From: Holophagae bacterium
Lineage (GTDB): Bacteria; Acidobacteriota; Thermoanaerobaculia; Thermoanaerobaculales; Thermoanaerobaculaceae
Direction: 5' to 3'
Assembly (NCBI GenBank): GCA_012516935.1
Contig: JAAYVZ010000046.1
Span: 21,441-85,440, forward strand
DNA: 64,000 nucleotides
Positions 12,019-22,398 of this stretch are shown one piece after another; the stretch's first letter is position 1, and the number at the start of each line of letters is the position of its first letter. The notes below the pieces were generated by a model that saw nothing but the letters and a program-made list of their open reading frames with translations, searched no databases and was not told the origin of the DNA. The position numbers and the translations under genes were made by a program.

Positions 12019-13248
12019 CTAGGGTGGCGGAACGGAGGGTGCGAACCGGCGGGCGACGTAGTCGTCGAGAAGGGCGAGGAAACCTTTTGCCAGCTCGTCG
12101 GCATCACCGCGCAGGGTGGCGACCTGCCGTCCCTCCACGAATACCGGGCAGGCCGGTGCCTCACCGGTCCCGGGAAGGCTGATGCCGATGTCGGCGTGAC
12201 GCGACTCGCCGGGGCCGTTGACGATGCACCCCATGACCGCCACCGTGAGCCGCTCGACGCCGGGGTGGTGGCGCCTCCACACGGGCATTCGCGCCCGTAC
12301 GTGGGCCTCGACCCGCTCGGCGAGGCACTGGAAGGTCGTGCTGCTGGTGCGTCCGCACCCCGGGCAGGCGGTGACCGCCGGGGCGAACGCCCGCAGCTCC
12401 AGCGCCTGCAGGAGATCCTGCGCCGCCCACACCTCCTCGCGGCGGTCGCCGCCGGGGCGGGGTGTGAGCGACACCCGGATGGTGTCCCCGATCCCATCCG
12501 CGAGCAGCACCCCCATGGCAGCCGCCGACCACACGAGCCCCTTGCGTCCCATGCCTGCCTCGGTTAGCCCCAGATGGAGCGGCTGCCGGGTGCGGCGGGC
12601 GAGCTTGCGGTAGACGTCGACCAGCAAGCGGGGCCGGGAGAGCTTGCAGGAGATGACGATGGAAGATTCCGCCAGGCCGGCCCTGGTTGCCGCATCGGTG
12701 GAGCTCAGTGCCGAGTCGAGCATACAGCCTGCCAGCACCTCGTCGCTGGATCGGCTCCACCCATGCTCGGCGTTGTCGCGCATCGCCCGGGCCACCAGCT
12801 CGGGGTCGAGCGAGCCGGCGTTGACGCCGATACGTACCGCTTTGCCATGCTCGGCGGCGATGCGGCAGATGGTCGCGAAGTTGGCGTCGTGACGCTCCCC
12901 CGAGCCAACATTGCCGGGGTTGATGCGGTACTTGTCGAGGCAGCGGGCACAGTCGGGGTGGCGGGTGAGGAGGAGGTGGCCGTTGTAATGGAAGTCGCCC
13001 ACCAGCGGTACCCGACACCCCTCGCCGTCGAGGTGGGCGCGGATCTCGGGCACGGCGGCAGCCGCCTGGTCGGTGTTGACGGTGAGGCGCACCAGCTCCG
13101 CACCGGCCTCGCTGAGCTCCCGACACTGGCGGACGGTGGCCTCGATATCTGCTGTGGGGGTGCTGGTCATCGCCTGCACGACGACCGGGGCCCCGCCACC
13201 TACCATCACCTGGCCGACTCGCACCCCCACCGTTTCGTGCCTGTCCAT
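12019..13248 (-). CDS. ispG: 4-hydroxy-3-methylbut-2-en-1-yl diphosphate synthase IspG (GcpE)
   Basis: 409 aa. GcpE TIM-barrel plus C-terminal [4Fe-4S] Cys motif (CPGCGRTS...). Strong similarity throughout. Confidence 0.9.
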   Translation of the reverse strand: MDRHETVGVRVGQVMVGGGAPVVVQAMTSTPTADIEATVRQCRELSEAGAELVRLTVNTDQAAAAVPEIRAHLDGEGCRVPLVGDFHYNGHLLLTRHPDCARCLDKYRINPGNVGSGERHDANFATICRIAAEHGKAVRIGVNAGSLDPELVARAMRDNAEHGWSRSSDEVLAGCMLDSALSSTDAATRAGLAESSIVISCKLSRPRLLVDVYRKLARRTRQPLHLGLTEAGMGRKGLVWSAAAMGVLLADGIGDTIRVSLTPRPGGDRREEVWAAQDLLQALELRAFAPAVTACPGCGRTSSTTFQCLAERVEAHVRARMPVWRRHHPGVERLTVAVMGCIVNGPGESRHADIGISLPGTGEAPACPVFVEGRQVATLRGDADELAKGFLALLDDYVARRFAPSVPPP

Positions 13249-13283
13249 GCGCCCTCCCCTGCCAGCATACGCCTTCGCGTATC

Positions 13284-14483
13284 ATGCGCTGCCCGGAGGT
13301 GGCCGATGCGAGCGGCGGCGCTCGCGGGGAGCGTGATGGCAGCGACGGTGTCATGGGGGGTGCGGTGGGCGAGAGCACGGTTTCGCTGACGCTGGTGGTC
13401 ACCCGGGTGCCGGCTGCCACACCCCCGGGGGCGGTGCTGTTCGTCGCCAGCAACGTGCACGGCTGGGTGGCCGCGCCCGGGACAGGCCGCTTGTGCAGGA
13501 CCGACGACGGCACCTGGGAGGTGCGGCTCGCGGTGCCGGCCGGGACACGGGTCGAGTACAAGCTCACCCGCGGCTCGTGGGAGACGGTGGAGAAGGGCCC
13601 GCGGGGCGAGGAGCGGCCCAACCGCGTGGTGCAGGTTGGGGCGGAGGACGTGGAGGTGCGTCTCGGCGTCTCCGCGTGGGCCGACCGGGTGGCCCCCGCC
13701 CCTGTCGGGCGTACCGTCAGCGGCGACGTCACCATCGTCGACGGGTTCGCCGCACCCGAGCTCGGCGGCGAGCGGCGGTTGAGGGTGTACCTGCCGCCCG
13801 GCTACGCGGCGAGCCGGCGCCGCTACCCGGTGCTGTTCATGCACGATGGACAGAACCTCTTCGACGCGTCGTCGTCGTTCGCCGGAGAGTGGGAAGTCGA
13901 CGAGAGCCTCGACGCCTTGGCACGGGAGGGCCGGTTCGAGGGGCTGATCGTCGTCGGCCTCGACAACGCTGGCGAGGCGCGGCTCGACGAGTACTCGCCG
14001 TGGCGTGACCGCCAGCTCGGTAAGGGTGGCCGAGGCGACATCTACGCCTCTTTCCTGGTCCGTACCCTCAAACCGTTCGTCGACCGCACTTGGCGCACAC
14101 TGCCCGACCGCGAGCATACCGGTATCGCCGGCAGCTCGATGGGTGGGCTCATCTCCCTGTACGCCGGGCTTCGCTACCCTGAGGTGTTCAGCCGCGTAGC
14201 AGCGTTTTCGCCGACGCTCGGGTTTGCGGCCCGCATGCCGATGCGCTACCTGCGGACGGCCCGCGCCCGGCTCCCGCAACGTCTCTACCTCGACATGGGC
14301 GGTGCAGAAAGCGGCCATCCGACGCGCGATCGGGAGCTCGTGGAGCTCGTGCGCGCCGCCGCCTCGACGCTGGAGGTGGGTGGCTTCGAGGTGCGGCTGG
14401 TGATCGACGCCCCTGCCCAGCACCACGAAAGCGCGTGGGCGGTACGTTTCCCCGAGGCGGTCACCTGGCTGTTTCGGCCATGA
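13284..14483 (+). CDS. esterase-family alpha/beta hydrolase with N-terminal E-set/CBM-like domain
   Basis: The N-terminal beta-sandwich motif (LTRGSWETVEKGP) is followed by a 'putative esterase' core (GIAGSSMGGLISLYAG, nucleophile GxSxG). The start could also be ATG 13353. Confidence 0.6.
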   Translation: MRCPEVADASGGARGERDGSDGVMGGAVGESTVSLTLVVTRVPAATPPGAVLFVASNVHGWVAAPGTGRLCRTDDGTWEVRLAVPAGTRVEYKLTRGSWETVEKGPRGEERPNRVVQVGAEDVEVRLGVSAWADRVAPAPVGRTVSGDVTIVDGFAAPELGGERRLRVYLPPGYAASRRRYPVLFMHDGQNLFDASSSFAGEWEVDESLDALAREGRFEGLIVVGLDNAGEARLDEYSPWRDRQLGKGGRGDIYASFLVRTLKPFVDRTWRTLPDREHTGIAGSSMGGLISLYAGLRYPEVFSRVAAFSPTLGFAARMPMRYLRTARARLPQRLYLDMGGAESGHPTRDRELVELVRAAASTLEVGGFEVRLVIDAPAQHHESAWAVRFPEAVTWLFRP

Positions 14484-15484
14484 GCGCCCGAGCTTTCCTC
14501 GCTGCCACGTCAGCGGCCTTTTTCCCCGAGGCGCCGAGCGGGCTCGGGAACCGATCCCTGCTGGCCGGGGTCGTACCCGATATCCTCGCGGTTTGGGACT
14601 GGGAGCTCGACCGGCCGTTTCTGACCCGGCTGGGACGAGCATGCGCCGCACGAGGGCTGCTGTTCGCGGCGGCCCGGGAGGGGTGCGAGGCGCTGCTAGC
14701 CCGGCTGGCGTCTTCGCCGGGGTTGGCTCCAGCCGTGGTGTTCGACCGGGCCTCGGACGTCGCCCCCGGCCTTGCGGCCCCCCTCTTGGCACTGGAGGCG
14801 CGCGGGTGCCGGGCCGTGAATCAGGCTGGGCGCATGGCCTGGTGCCGAGACAAGGCGACGATGCACCTCGAGCTCGTGGCGGCCGGGGTTCAGGTTCCCT
14901 ACGGCGTCATCATCACCTCCGACCAAGCGATGCGGGCGGGCGGCGTGTTGGCTGAGCACGCACAGTCGCTGGGCGCCCCGTTCGTCATCAAGCCAGCCGA
15001 GGGCGGAGGTGGTGAGGGCGTGGTGCTGGATGCCTCGTCGGCTGCCGACGTGGCGTACTACCTCGAGGAGCGGGGCTACGACAAGATCATCCTCCAGCGC
15101 CGGGTGGTTCCTTGCTCGCTCGGCGGCCGCCGCGGCTGGTTCCGGGTCTTTTACCTCGCGGGATCGGTCGTGCCGTGCTGGTGGGACGACCGCACGCACG
15201 TCTACCGACAGGTGTCGGTGGCCGAGACGGAGACGTCGGGCCTCGGGCGGCTGCGCGAGCTCACCCTCGAGATCGCGCGCATCGCCGGTATCGACTTCTT
15301 CACCACCGAGATCGCGCTCGACGTCGCCGGCGAGATGGTGGTTGTCGACTTCGTCAACGAGATGCCCGACCTCCGCTGCCAGACCGACTACCCCGACGGT
15401 GTCCCCGAGCCGTTGGTCGATGCCGTTGCGGCGATGCTCGTCGACTTGGCGGTGGCCGGGAGACGGCCGGCCCCGCACCGCTGA
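14480..15484 (+). CDS. ATP-grasp domain protein (RimK/glutathione-synthetase-like)
   Basis: ATP-grasp hallmarks are present (GAPFVIKPAEGGGGEGV, DFVNE). ATG 14480 overlaps the upstream stop codon (ATGA). Confidence 0.55.
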   Translation: MSARAFLAATSAAFFPEAPSGLGNRSLLAGVVPDILAVWDWELDRPFLTRLGRACAARGLLFAAAREGCEALLARLASSPGLAPAVVFDRASDVAPGLAAPLLALEARGCRAVNQAGRMAWCRDKATMHLELVAAGVQVPYGVIITSDQAMRAGGVLAEHAQSLGAPFVIKPAEGGGGEGVVLDASSAADVAYYLEERGYDKIILQRRVVPCSLGGRRGWFRVFYLAGSVVPCWWDDRTHVYRQVSVAETETSGLGRLRELTLEIARIAGIDFFTTEIALDVAGEMVVVDFVNEMPDLRCQTDYPDGVPEPLVDAVAAMLVDLAVAGRRPAPHR

Positions 15485-15753
15485 CACCGGAGTCGCGGAG
15501 GTCCTCCTCGAGGCTCATCTCGAACCCGGCCGGCGCCGAGCGGAACCGGGTTGCGGTGCGCAGCCACTGCGCGCCGCCAGGCACGTCGAGAAGACGATGT
15601 CCGGATCGTCGGGGTACAACCAGAGATGCCATCGGCTCGCCCGGGTGCAGCCGTCGATGCGGTGGACCCCCCGAGGATCAGCCGCTCACCCCTGCCGGCC
15701 CCACACGCCGGCGAGGTAACCGAAGGCTTCCCCGACTGTCGCTGGCCATTGGG

Positions 15754-15759
15754 TAGAAT
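15754..15759 (+). promoter_or_regulatory. -10-like TAGAAT (GGGTAGAATGCC) upstream of the DUF481 OMP gene
   Basis: Same element as at 7721, 30527 and 28700. It lies 39 nt upstream of ATG 15793, which has a strong SD (AGGAGG). Confidence 0.3.
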
Positions 15760-15792
15760 GCCGGTGGAGGCAGGGTGGGAAGGAGGCTCACG

Positions 15793-16512
15793 ATGAACAG
15801 GCTTGGGATGCTGTTTTTTGCTGTCATCCTCGTCAGCTCGGCGGTGGCGGCCGAGGACTCGGGAAAACCGTGGAACGGCTCACTCGGGTTGTCGTACCTG
15901 GCGACCTCGGGCAACTCCGACACCAGCTCGCTCGGGATCGAGGTGACAGTGAAGCGCAAGCCGGCGCCGTGGGGGATCGACCTCTCCGCCCTGGTGCTGC
16001 GGGCGGAGAAGGACGGGGTGAAAAGCGCCGAGCGGGTGTTCGGCCGGGCCCGCGGCGAGCGGGCGCTCACCGAAAGCTGGGGAGTATTCCTGGGCGCATC
16101 AGCAGAGAAGGACAGGTTCGCAGGGCTCGACCTGCGTGGCGTGTTGGAGGCGGGTGGCTCCTACAAGATGCTCACCGGTCCCGAGCACGAGCTGTCATTG
16201 GAGGCCGGTGTCACGTTCACCCGCGAGGAGCGCACGAGCGGCATCGACGACGACTTCCTGGGTGGCCTCGCTGGCCTTGCGTACACCTGGATCCCGATGG
16301 AAGGGGCGAAGGTGAGCGAGCGGCTGCTCGTCTACCCGAGCTTCGACCGCTCCAGCGACTGGCGTCTCGTCTCCGAAACCGCACTTCAGGCCGCACTTAC
16401 CAAGCGCTTTTCCCTCAAGATCGCCTATGCTTTGCGCTACGACCACGAGCCGCCACCGGGGTTCGACTCCACCGACACCGCAACCACGGCGTCATTGGTC
16501 TGGAGCTTCTGA
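15793..16512 (+). CDS. DUF481-family outer-membrane beta-barrel protein (YdiY-like)
   Basis: Signal peptide MNRLGMLFFAVILVSSAVAAED. Alternating beta-strand pattern with a C-terminal ...LVWSF (terminal Phe). SD AGGAGG lies 6 nt upstream. Confidence 0.65.
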   Translation: MNRLGMLFFAVILVSSAVAAEDSGKPWNGSLGLSYLATSGNSDTSSLGIEVTVKRKPAPWGIDLSALVLRAEKDGVKSAERVFGRARGERALTESWGVFLGASAEKDRFAGLDLRGVLEAGGSYKMLTGPEHELSLEAGVTFTREERTSGIDDDFLGGLAGLAYTWIPMEGAKVSERLLVYPSFDRSSDWRLVSETALQAALTKRFSLKIAYALRYDHEPPPGFDSTDTATTASLVWSF

Positions 16513-16518
16513 AACCCG

Positions 16519-17355
16519 ATGCCGATCCGCGCCAGCCAGGTCTCGGACCTGGAGGCGCCCGAGCTGGCACCGTACCGCACGCTGCGGCGGCCGATCGAGC
16601 ATGAGCGCGCGGGGATCTTCGTGGCCGAGGGCGGCCACGTGGTGCGGCGGTTGCTCGCCAGCCCGCTTGCGGTGGTCTCGGTGCTCGCCACGCCGGAGTG
16701 GATCGCGGCGCTGAGCGGCGCGCTCGCCGGCCGCGGCGCTGAGCTGAGCGTCTACTGTGCGCCCCGCCGGGTGCTCGAGAGCGTCGTTGGGTTCGCTCTT
16801 CACCAGGGCGTCATGGCGGTGGGGCGAATCCCTCCTCGGCCCGACCTGTTGGCACGGGTCGCCGCTGCGCCCCGGCCGCGTCTGGTGGTGGCGCTCGACG
16901 GCGTCACCAACCCGGAGAACATAGGGGTCATCGTGCGCACCGCCGCGGGGTTGGGGGCGGTGGCAGTGGTGGCAGGCGAGACAGCTGCGAGCCCCTGGCT
17001 ACGGCGGGCGGTGCGCAACTCGATGGGCACGGTGTTCGGGCTCGCCGCCGACCGCGTTGACGACCTTGCGACGACGCTTGCCGCGCTGCGCTGGGGCTGT
17101 GGGCTGCAGATCGTGGCTGCGGCTCTCGGTGGCCGGCCGGTGTGGGAGGTGGAGCTCGGTGCGGATTGCTGCGTCGTGCTCGGCCACGAGGGGTACGGCC
17201 TCCGCCCCGAGATCCAGGCAGCGTGCGACCAGGTGGTGGCGATTACGATGGCAGCGGACGTCGATTCGCTCAACGTCGGCGCCGCCGCCGCCATCGTGCT
17301 CTACGAGGTGCGGCGGCAGCAAGCAGGTGGCCGAACCTCGGCCCCCGTCCGTTGA
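16519..17355 (+). CDS. TrmH/SpoU-family RNA 2'-O-methyltransferase
   Basis: SPOUT motifs are present (LDGVTNPENIGVIVRTAAGLG, CVVLGHEGYGL, DSLNVGAAAAIVLYE). Confidence 0.75.
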   Translation: MPIRASQVSDLEAPELAPYRTLRRPIEHERAGIFVAEGGHVVRRLLASPLAVVSVLATPEWIAALSGALAGRGAELSVYCAPRRVLESVVGFALHQGVMAVGRIPPRPDLLARVAAAPRPRLVVALDGVTNPENIGVIVRTAAGLGAVAVVAGETAASPWLRRAVRNSMGTVFGLAADRVDDLATTLAALRWGCGLQIVAAALGGRPVWEVELGADCCVVLGHEGYGLRPEIQAACDQVVAITMAADVDSLNVGAAAAIVLYEVRRQQAGGRTSAPVR

Positions 17356-17368
17356 TCGTTGTCGGTCC

Positions 17369-18244
17369 TCAGGCGAAGGAGGACTTGCCGAGCACAACCT
17401 GCTCGAAGAAGTCGAGGCCTTGCGCGGTGAGGCGGAGGCCCGCATCGGTCCGCAGCACGGCGCCCAGCTCGCCGAGGTACGCAAGGTCGGGCTCGAGTGG
17501 ACGGCCCGTCGCGGCCGGGGCCACGGCCTGCTCGAGCTCGGCGAGCGGCAACGGCGCGAACCCCTGCTGCTGCCAGTGAGCGTAGAGGACGCGACAGATT
17601 GCGATGCGCAGCGAGCTGTCGAACGCCGGGCGAGGGCGGGCGGCGAACGCCGGGCCGGGAAAGGCGAACACCCGCCGTCCGGCCGTGGGGTTGATGAGCA
17701 GCGCGAACGCGATCCACAGCGAGATCCCGGCCAGCGCCACGGTGCTCACCGCGACCACGAGGTCGAGCCAGGCGCCACCGCCGAGGTGCTTGCCGACCTT
17801 GGCCAGGTAGAGGAGGTCGATGTCGGCGAGGAAAGCCAGCAGGAGCTTCGAGTAGAACCCGAACCCGTAGGTGAAGACGAGGAAGATGACGAGGAAGCAT
17901 ACGTCCACGGCAAAGACGATGCCGGGGTCGGGCACCACGCCGCGCGACAGGCCGTCGAGCGCCCACCAGTTGAGCACCCAGTTGAAGGCGAAGGCGGTGA
18001 AGAGCGTCCCACCGTAGAGGTTGCGGTTGACGAGGTTGCCGATCCCGGCCACGAGCTGACCGCCGGCGCCGAACAGCAGGCAGTAGATCGCGGCCGTGCG
18101 TAGGCCGGCCGGGGTGAGGCTGTGGCCGAAGGCGATCGGCACGAGCGCGGCGCAGCCGATGGCGAGGCAGATGAGGCCGACCGGTGTCGGCTCGGCGATG
18201 ACCTCGGTGTGGGCAGGACGACCCAGCTCGGCCTTGCGGATCAT
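17369..18244 (-). CDS. GPR1/FUN34/YaaH-family (acetate uptake transporter-like) membrane protein with extra C-terminal soluble domain
   Basis: The N-terminal ~190 aa carry the NPTxxGL-like YaaH pattern (LINPTAGRR...FAFNWVLNWWALDG) and six TM helices. About 100 extra C-terminal residues are present. Confidence 0.65.
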   Translation of the reverse strand: MIRKAELGRPAHTEVIAEPTPVGLICLAIGCAALVPIAFGHSLTPAGLRTAAIYCLLFGAGGQLVAGIGNLVNRNLYGGTLFTAFAFNWVLNWWALDGLSRGVVPDPGIVFAVDVCFLVIFLVFTYGFGFYSKLLLAFLADIDLLYLAKVGKHLGGGAWLDLVVAVSTVALAGISLWIAFALLINPTAGRRVFAFPGPAFAARPRPAFDSSLRIAICRVLYAHWQQQGFAPLPLAELEQAVAPAATGRPLEPDLAYLGELGAVLRTDAGLRLTAQGLDFFEQVVLGKSSFA

Positions 18245-18384
18245 GGTGCCTCCCCGCCCGGGCAGCCGTGAGCACCGAGATGGCGCCCGGGTGCGTGGGG
18301 GAAGCCTAGTGCATCGTCAAATAAAAAGCGACCGCTCGGTCGGTTCTGTCGACGGTGCGGATGCCCGATGCGGTCGGAAGACCG

Positions 18385-18693
18385 TTAGCGACAGTGCTGG
18401 ATGTACCAGTAGTAGTCCTCGCCGCGGTCGAGGTTGATGTTGCGACGTTCGATGATGCGGTCGTCCTCGTCGAGGGCCTCGAGGGTGTGGCGACCTCTGC
18501 CCACGTCGTCCACGGTACGGGTATCGTCGGGGCGGATGATGAACGCCTCCCATCCGTCGACCAGGATCCGCAACCGACAGGAGGAGCCGTTGATCACCAC
18601 GATGTCGCACTCCTCGTCCCAGAAGTGGTCGTTGCACGCCGAAAGGGAGATCGCGAGCACCAGGACGGCGACCAGGGATGCGAACCGCCGCAT
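18385..18693 (-). CDS. small putative lipoprotein
   Basis: MRRFASLVAVLVLAISLSAC gives a lipobox. Two Cys pairs are present. No known domain. Confidence 0.4.
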   Translation of the reverse strand: MRRFASLVAVLVLAISLSACNDHFWDEECDIVVINGSSCRLRILVDGWEAFIIRPDDTRTVDDVGRGRHTLEALDEDDRIIERRNINLDRGEDYYWYIQHCR

Positions 18694-18871
18694 GCTCCCA
18701 ATGTACACGGGTGGCAGGTGGTTGGCAACCGCACACGGGACCAGAACGCAGACGTGGCCGCACTTTGTCTGCGATCCTCTGCGCCCTCCGGGGCCTCATG
18801 CAGCCATCGGCTACACTGGAACGAGGAGCTCAGTCGGAAGGTACGCGGGGCGAGCCCCGGGGAGGTGAGCG

Positions 18872-19075
18872 ATGACCGTCCGTCACGAGCCGCCGTGTCC
18901 CGTCTGCGGCCACACCTTGCGCTGGGAGGGAGAGGAGGAACGGTTCTGCTGCCAGGGTCCGGCCCGCCACGCCTTCGTGAGCGAGGGGTGGGGGGCTGAG
19001 CGCGTGCTGGTATTGGTCGGGGCGGTGGCGGACCCCACCGTGGAGGCGTTGTCCCGATGGTCGTGGCCCGAGTGA
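18872..19075 (+). CDS. small Cys-rich (zinc-ribbon-like) hypothetical protein
   Basis: 67 aa with CPVCGH...FCCQG. SD GGAGGTGA lies 3-6 nt upstream of the ATG. Confidence 0.35.
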   Translation: MTVRHEPPCPVCGHTLRWEGEEERFCCQGPARHAFVSEGWGAERVLVLVGAVADPTVEALSRWSWPE

Positions 19076-19363
19076 CGAGCCAGGAGAGACGCTGGGTGGG
19101 CATGGTGGAGAGACCGAGCAGCTCGGTCGAGAGCGGCGCCGAGCCTGTATCGGCCGTGCTGGAGCCCGGCGCTGGGGTAGTGGAGCAGTGCTCGGGCACT
19201 TCATCTCGAGGGACGCTTCGGTCCGGTGGCCGCGGCGGTCGCCGCGCTCGAGGGGTGGTCGGAAAGTCGTGAGCCACTTCTCGATCGCGCTTTGGGCCCG
19301 CCTGATCGGCCGACCAAAACGCAGCCGGCGAGCTCTGGCGAGGCGCCGATTTCCGGGTGTGGA

Positions 19364-20245
19364 TCAGCGAGCGAACAGGAGCGCGATGCCGGCGACTGCC
19401 AGAACGGTGCCGGCTACGGCCCGCCACGTAGGCCGATAGCGCTCGGTGTGCACGACGAGGGGAATGACGATGATCGGTGTGGTGGCCATCAGGGTCGCAG
19501 CGACCCCCACCTCGGTGAGCTGCGCCGCGACGAGCGAGAGCGAGGCGCCGAGAAACGGGCCCAGGGCGGCGCCGCCCACGACCTGCAACCAGGCGGCGCG
19601 CAGGCTGGGTCGAAGCGCAAGATCGCGCAGACGGCCAGCGACCGCCGCCCCGATCCACAACGCTGCGGTCGCGAAGCTCATGCGCAGCCAGGAGGCGGGC
19701 CAGGGACCGAGGCCGCCTGCCATCCCCATCTTGGAGAGCACGAGGCCGAGGCCCTGACACAGTGCAGCCAGGACGCCCAGCACGACCCCGCTGGTGTGAT
19801 GCCCGGCGGGTCGTGCGGCATCGGGGCGCTCGCGGACGACCCAGACCACCCCGCCCAAGGTCAGGGCGATACCAACTCCGGCCAGCGGTCCGGGGACCTC
19901 GTCGAGAAGCACCACGCCGAAACCGGTAGCGAACAGCGGTGCCAGCGACTGCAGCAGGACCGTCAAACGGGGGCCGATGCGCCGTAACGTCGCGAAGTAC
20001 GCGAGGTCACCGAGTGCCAGGCCGACGATGCCGCTGGCCGCCAGCAGCGCCAGGCTGGTGGGATCGGTGGTCAGCTTCGACCCGGTGGTGAGGAGGGTGA
20101 GGCCCAGCATCACCCACCCCAGAGGGAGCCGGAAGAGATTCACGCGCAGCGCCCCGATACGCTGTGCGGCGACCGAGAAGAAGAAGACGCTGGTGAGCCC
20201 CCACAGAGCGGCAGCCGTCAACGCCGCCAGCTCGCCCAATAGCAT
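19364..20245 (-). CDS. EamA/DMT-family transporter
   Basis: 293 aa from MLLGELAAL. 10 TM helices with two EamA repeats. The longer ORF upstream of ATG 20245 is a spurious extension. Confidence 0.75.
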   Translation of the reverse strand: MLLGELAALTAAALWGLTSVFFFSVAAQRIGALRVNLFRLPLGWVMLGLTLLTTGSKLTTDPTSLALLAASGIVGLALGDLAYFATLRRIGPRLTVLLQSLAPLFATGFGVVLLDEVPGPLAGVGIALTLGGVVWVVRERPDAARPAGHHTSGVVLGVLAALCQGLGLVLSKMGMAGGLGPWPASWLRMSFATAALWIGAAVAGRLRDLALRPSLRAAWLQVVGGAALGPFLGASLSLVAAQLTEVGVAATLMATTPIIVIPLVVHTERYRPTWRAVAGTVLAVAGIALLFAR

Positions 20246-20324
20246 GCTCGCCGCCTCCTGCCGGCCCGCCAGCATACGCCGGCCACGGGAGTTGGTTTTG
20301 CTACCCTGGGGCGCGGAGGTGACG

Positions 20325-20860
20325 ATGCGCTCGCCGTGGCAGCACACCACGATCTGCGCGGTGCGGAAAGAGGGGGTGACCGCAGTCGCCTGTGACGGGC
20401 AGGTCACGTTCGGCAGCACGGTGCTCAAGCACGGCGCCAGCAAGCTTCGCCGCCTCGGAGGTGGGCGGGTAGTGGCGGGGTTCGCTGGCTCGGTGGCTGA
20501 CGCCCTGGCGCTGTTCACCCGTTTCGAGGTCAAGCTCGAGGAGTTCGCCGGCAGTCTCGAGCGTGCCGCCGTCGAGCTGGCGCGTGAATGGCGCACCGAT
20601 CGGGCGTTACGGCACCTCGAGGCGATGATGATCGTGGCTGACCGCGAGACGGTGCTACTGCTTTCCGGCTCGGGCGAGGTGATCGCTCCCGACGACGGGA
20701 TACTGGCGATCGGTTCGGGTGGCGCCGCAGCGCTGGCCGCCGCTCGGGCGCTGATGGCCCACACCTCGCTCGCGGCGGCCGAGATCGCCCGCGAGGCACT
20801 GCGCCTCGCCGCCGGGATCGATCTCTACACCAACGACCACATCTCGGTCGAGGTGGCATC

Positions 20861-20864
<4 letters not shown>
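20325..20864 (+). CDS. hslV: ATP-dependent protease subunit HslV (with 7-residue N-terminal extension before Thr-Thr)
   Basis: [30 protein letters not shown]... is HslV. SD GGAGGTGA lies upstream. The stop codon overlaps the hslU start. Confidence 0.85.
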
Positions 20865-22177
<1,313 letters not shown>

Positions 22178-22398
22178 CATGTGGCCGGGGTGCGGAGTTG
22201 AAAGTCGAAGGTCGGAGGTCGAAGGCCAGGAACTTGGAGGCCAGCCGCTCGGGCGCCTCCGGTGACGGGGGGCAACGGCAGTCCGTGCTGCCAGCGTGGG
22301 CCTGGCTGGCGAGCGTTATGCCCGACATCGGCGTGCACGCTCGGTCTTCGCGCGCGGTTTCGCTCGCTGCGACCGCCCGGAACCTTCGACCTGCGAGG

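Noticed and set aside
20244-20246. Plus-strand ATG at 20244 overlapping the DMT gene's minus-strand ATG (palindromic GCATGC) as an alternative hslV start
   Set aside because: It would add an 27-aa hydrophilic extension with no SD. ATG 20325 has a GGAGGTGA SD and yields the conserved HslV N-terminus.
22198-22398. N-terminal 67 codons of the 421-aa ORF (TTG start right after hslU)
   Set aside because: The translation (MKVEGRRSKARNLEASRSG...) is hydrophilic and low-complexity and precedes the real membrane anchor. The region contains the GTCGAAGG repeat structure and reads as non-coding. The gene more likely starts at TTG 22399 or GTG 22441.
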